The notes beneath the pieces are model-generated. The model was not told where the DNA came from. It was given only the letters and a program-made list of their open reading frames with translations, and searched no databases. From Raillietiella orientalis (lineage: Eukaryota), in assembly GCA_036172245.1 (NCBI GenBank), contig JAYWIR010000059.1, positions 620,001-684,000 on the forward strand: a DNA stretch of 64,000 nt, written 5' to 3'. Position 1 is the first letter of the stretch; every line of letters begins with the position of its first letter. Made by a program: the position numbers and the translations under genes. Below, in pieces: positions 60,201-64,000 of the stretch.

Positions 60201-60399
60201 ATTCCAGCTACTCCATCTTGAAGGCCTCGCGAAAGAAACGCATCTGATTTGTATGAATCTTTGCATGTTTTTTGTGGAGCAAGTAACTCGAAAGATAGAT
60301 TGCAAAGGACACGTAAAATAGTGTATGCTTCATATCTCCCTGAGTATTTGGCAAGAAACTCAATGCATTCAAGGAGGAATCATATAAATGTGAGGCTAA

Positions 60400-61140
60400 G
60401 TAAAGCAAACCATCCGACCTCTGCGGAACGGGCAGCAGCGCGAACGCGGCCAGCTCTGCAGAGACAAAATTTCCCTGGCCAAAATTCCTTCAGCCCCATC
60501 CACTTGCTTCCCGGGATCCAGGGATCACAGGCAGTCCGCAGGACGTCGCTCACCGAAATTCCAACATCGCTTCCATGGGGCCGAACTGCGCAGCGCACTC
60601 GGACTCTGGAGATGGAGGGCACGAGACCATCGCGCTGCGATCCACCTTCCCAAGACGCAGCTACCCAAAAGCCTGAGCAGCCGGACTGAGTGCGAGCATC
60701 ATCGCCGCGACCTTTGAGACGAAGGCTGTGCGGGAGCGATCGCACAGTGACTGTCCCCTCCCTCGAGGCGGATGGATGTTTGTTGTTGTTTCTTGCAGAA
60801 GCTACACATGTTCTCTTTAGGTCTTGTTCTGTGCGAGGACTTTCCTGATGTCGAATCTTGAGCGAAAGTCCCCTCCGTCACCGGAAGCACTTTCAAGGCC
60901 TCCATCCTCTTCTCGAAAGGAAATGGAGAACGGAAATCTCTTGGAAGCAAGAATTGTTTGAAGCAAGAGAGCAGTGGGGACTGCGATGCTAAACTGCTTG
61001 TAGAACCTCCTCTAGAAACCTCGAGGAAACTGCTGTAGAAATCTTCCGTTGAAGTGTGCAATACCATCTCGTCGCGGTAGAAGTGTTCGCAAAAATTCTT
61101 TGCAGCCCAGTGAAAGTTGCAAATTTCTACCCCCAAGGAC
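60400..61140 (-). pseudogene. PLS PPR relic (partly GC-rich)
   Basis: FYSSFLEV, EALKVLPVTEGTFAQD, QRDGLVPS, HGSDV, DPWIP, LCRAGRVRAA (~L.RAG+L..A). Confidence 0.55.
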
Positions 61141-61249
61141 TCCCTTTTCTAGAGCATCCCTGTTGCGATCCTTTTGACAAACATTGTGATCTGTAGTGAA
61201 TCATTATGAAATTCATGAATGCTGAGAACAAGAGTGTGTGTGTGTGTGC

Positions 61250-63750
61250 GTTTTTAGGGGGAAGTATCCAACGGAGGAGGTAGCTGAAGCAGAATTCAAA
61301 AAGAGACAGCAATGAAGGCAAGTGATGGAATCTATGCTCGATTACGATGCTTGGTCCAATCCAGCCGACTCCCTTGCTGAAGATGCCTTGATACTTATTC
61401 CTTAGCGCTGTGCATTCGAAGATATTGCTAACATCAGCAACAGTAAAAATCAGTATCAGAACGGGTGTATCATTCTGACACCTCCATCTTTCCGACAATG
61501 CAATGTCTCGACTTTTACTGTAGGTACATTATTCCAGTGCTTCCATTCCAGATTTCTTGATCCATTAGCCACCTTTAGTTTTCTTCCTTCTGCGAATAAC
61601 TGCTTTTAGCAGAGGAACTGAGATTTTAGCATGAATTCTGTGATGGCTGATAATAGACCTACACAGAGATTCTTGAATTCTTGAACCCATTAGAGAAATA
61701 AAATACGTGGATGAAGTCAAATGCTTGAATATGGCACTTCATGAATGGATCTGAAATGCCTCGTAGTTCCGAAAGAAAAAATACTCTTTGCAAGTGAGAA
61801 GGACATATCAGCAAAACATGCTCAGTGATAATGTGCAAAATACAATGTATGTACAATGTAATGTGGGAGTCACGTTTGCCAAACTCTAATGATTTAATAC
61901 TGTAGCGATCTAATTGCCGTGATTTATGTGATATTTAGTTATTTATGAAGGTCACTGTGCCTCTCAGTGAACCATCGAAATAACCAGAGATGCTAATGTA
62001 GGATGGCTTACATCCAGATAAAGTTATGAACCCCCCTCATAAGACCTTCGCTTCCTTTCCCTGAAGAATAAGACCTCCTGAAAGATTGCCACTCTTTTTG
62101 AAGTGCGAAACTCGAATGAACTGAGAATAACTCGTCCAGTATCCTTTACTCTCTGAACACGATAATTTAAGCATCAAACATGTGACTCGTTTCTTTATGT
62201 TCCTGAAGTTTTCTGTGATGGCCGCTTCGTTGCTGATGCAATTCAAACGGTTTCCCAGAATTCCCTTCCCTCCCCTCTTTTGCTTTCTTATTTTGCAAGT
62301 CAGTATAGGATTTGAGTGAACGGAGGGATTGCATAGAATAAAGAGAACAGGATCTTTACACTCTTTACCACCTTCATCTCCATCTTAGCTCATTTTCTCG
62401 TTCTGTTCATATGAGCTTATGAAATCATTTCATATCGCATCGGCTGGTATGGGTTCTTCTTGGGTCTCGATGTTCTGGAGGAATGTCCCAATCTTTGCAT
62501 CTACAGGTATCGCGGCTCTGTCGGCTGTTAGAGGCGACCGTAAAGCGCCTCTAACATCAACACATAGTTGTGGGATCTTTGGCCAGTGAAGCATACCTCT
62601 TCATTTTGAGGATTTTGGGACCCTAGGGAACCGACATTACCGTGCTTCGGTTACCCGATCATCCGTAGTCGACAAGAAGGTAGCGACATCTTTGTATTTC
62701 GTCTCCTTTCTTTGTCGAACACGTCTGAAAGCCAGGGGTGCTCTCCAAGGAACAGTTTTTACGCCAACACCAATGCCACTACGCACCTCAACACGTCCAT
62801 GATCTAGTGTTGTCACCATCTGCAAATTCATATATCTTCAACATAATAAATGGGAAGCTTCAGCTGGAATGCACAAGTCCATTTTTACAATGCCCTTCGG
62901 AATGCAGCTCGCAGGAAAAAAAAATGGTAAACGACAACTAATGTCATCTGTCATGTTTGTGACCCTACTTGTAGAGTTTGATGAAACCGAAAGCATGGTT
63001 TACGGTGTTACAGAGAAAGACATCTTGTGCCAGTGCTTCTTATTTCTATTGATATGATTCTTCCTCTCCCGAAGTTAGCAAATGGTCAATGTCAGTATTG
63101 AGGGCGGGCTGATCGCAAGAAAAAAATGAAAATAAAAAAGACTCTCCAGGACTCGTTAGGGAGCGCGAAAGACTTCATATCCTTATGGGTTCTCTTTGAA
63201 AATACGCGGTTTCTGGAAGGGAAGAAGGAAGAATTAGTCTCCAGACGACAACAGCCAGTGTTGGAGCCAATGAAACACACCGTTAAGGAACTTTCCCTCT
63301 ACTTCTGGTGGAGGATGCCACCTAACCTTTTATTAAACGGGGCCCTGTCGTGCATCCATTAGGAACAGGAAATAAATACAACCGAATCTTCAGTCACAGT
63401 TCTTCTGAGTGATAGGAAAAAAAGTTTCCTTTCGAATTCTTCCTGTAATGCTTCTGAAAAAGCCGAACATCTTCAGCAAAGTAGAGCTAACGAATCTCTA
63501 GTGTAAGACACACGTCAGAATGTGGCACTTCCTCTGGACTTGCAAAACTCTGCATCCTCTGTAGAGTATCCTCCTTCCACATGGTCTTTTCTTTTCAAAA
63601 AATAGTAGCCTGTAGAAGGTCGTTCCAAGGGAATTAGCAAGGGAATTAGTTCTGAATGTTTTTCTAAGAACTGAATAGCACTGCTTGCCCACCGAGTCGC
63701 TAAAAAAAGATGTCCTAAGAAGATCGACTTTGGATTACTTGAGATCATCC
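61250..63750 (-). pseudogene. PLS PPR relic(s)
   Basis: GKQCYSVLRKTFRTNSLANSLGTTFY (ORF 63498-63692; ~GKQ+H+.++K.G+.....NSL+++Y), HFKKSGNLSG, SYSSGKGSEG, SAITEFMLKSQFLC*KQLF, KHWNN, ECTALRNKY. Confidence 0.6.
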
Positions 63751-64000
63751 GTCAGTTTCTGAGGAACAATTCTGGATAATAATGAATAATGAATTAAAAA
63801 CCTAAATAATAATAATAATGAGTTAAAAACCGATTATGGATGCTTGTGATGGAATAAGGATCGAACTGGAATAAAGATTTAGGTTGCCCATTCAATAAAT
63901 ACTTAAAGAGATTAATGATGACCGGTGAATAGACCATGTTAAGGCCTGTGTGAGGCAGAAGTTTTTTTCTTTTGGATTTCCGCACTTTTACATGAAGTCT

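Noticed and set aside
62010..62080. Exon of an ABCB6/HMT1-like transporter (GSEGLMRGVHNFIW)
   Set aside because: No further ABC-transporter motifs nearby; it fits the surrounding PPR relic.

Overview
Eukaryotic nuclear DNA from a land plant (inferred from PLS-class PPR motifs; a PPR-rich lineage such as a lycophyte, fern or hornwort is plausible but unproven). I can support no intact protein-coding gene, rRNA, tRNA or CRISPR array. Nearly the whole window consists of two interleaved kinds of heavily decayed fossil: (1) about 20 frameshifted, apparently intronless pentatricopeptide-repeat (PPR) pseudogene relics of both PLS/E and P class, and (2) about 15 truncated L1/Tx1-like LINE relics with ORF1 CCHC knuckle, APE endonuclease, RT and C-terminal zinc-finger (zf-RVT) motifs. 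Three things stand out. First, a ~0.9 kb bacterial-type IS5-family (IS1031-like) insertion-sequence relic at 41823-42733. Second, a near-perfect 4053-bp inverted duplication (14899-18951 / 55505-59557) whose junctions suggest a copying mechanism. Third, a conserved, covarying stem-loop plus poly(A)-signal module at the LINE 3' ends. All family assignments are by-eye motif recognition across frameshifts, and relic boundaries are approximate (about 100-200 bp).
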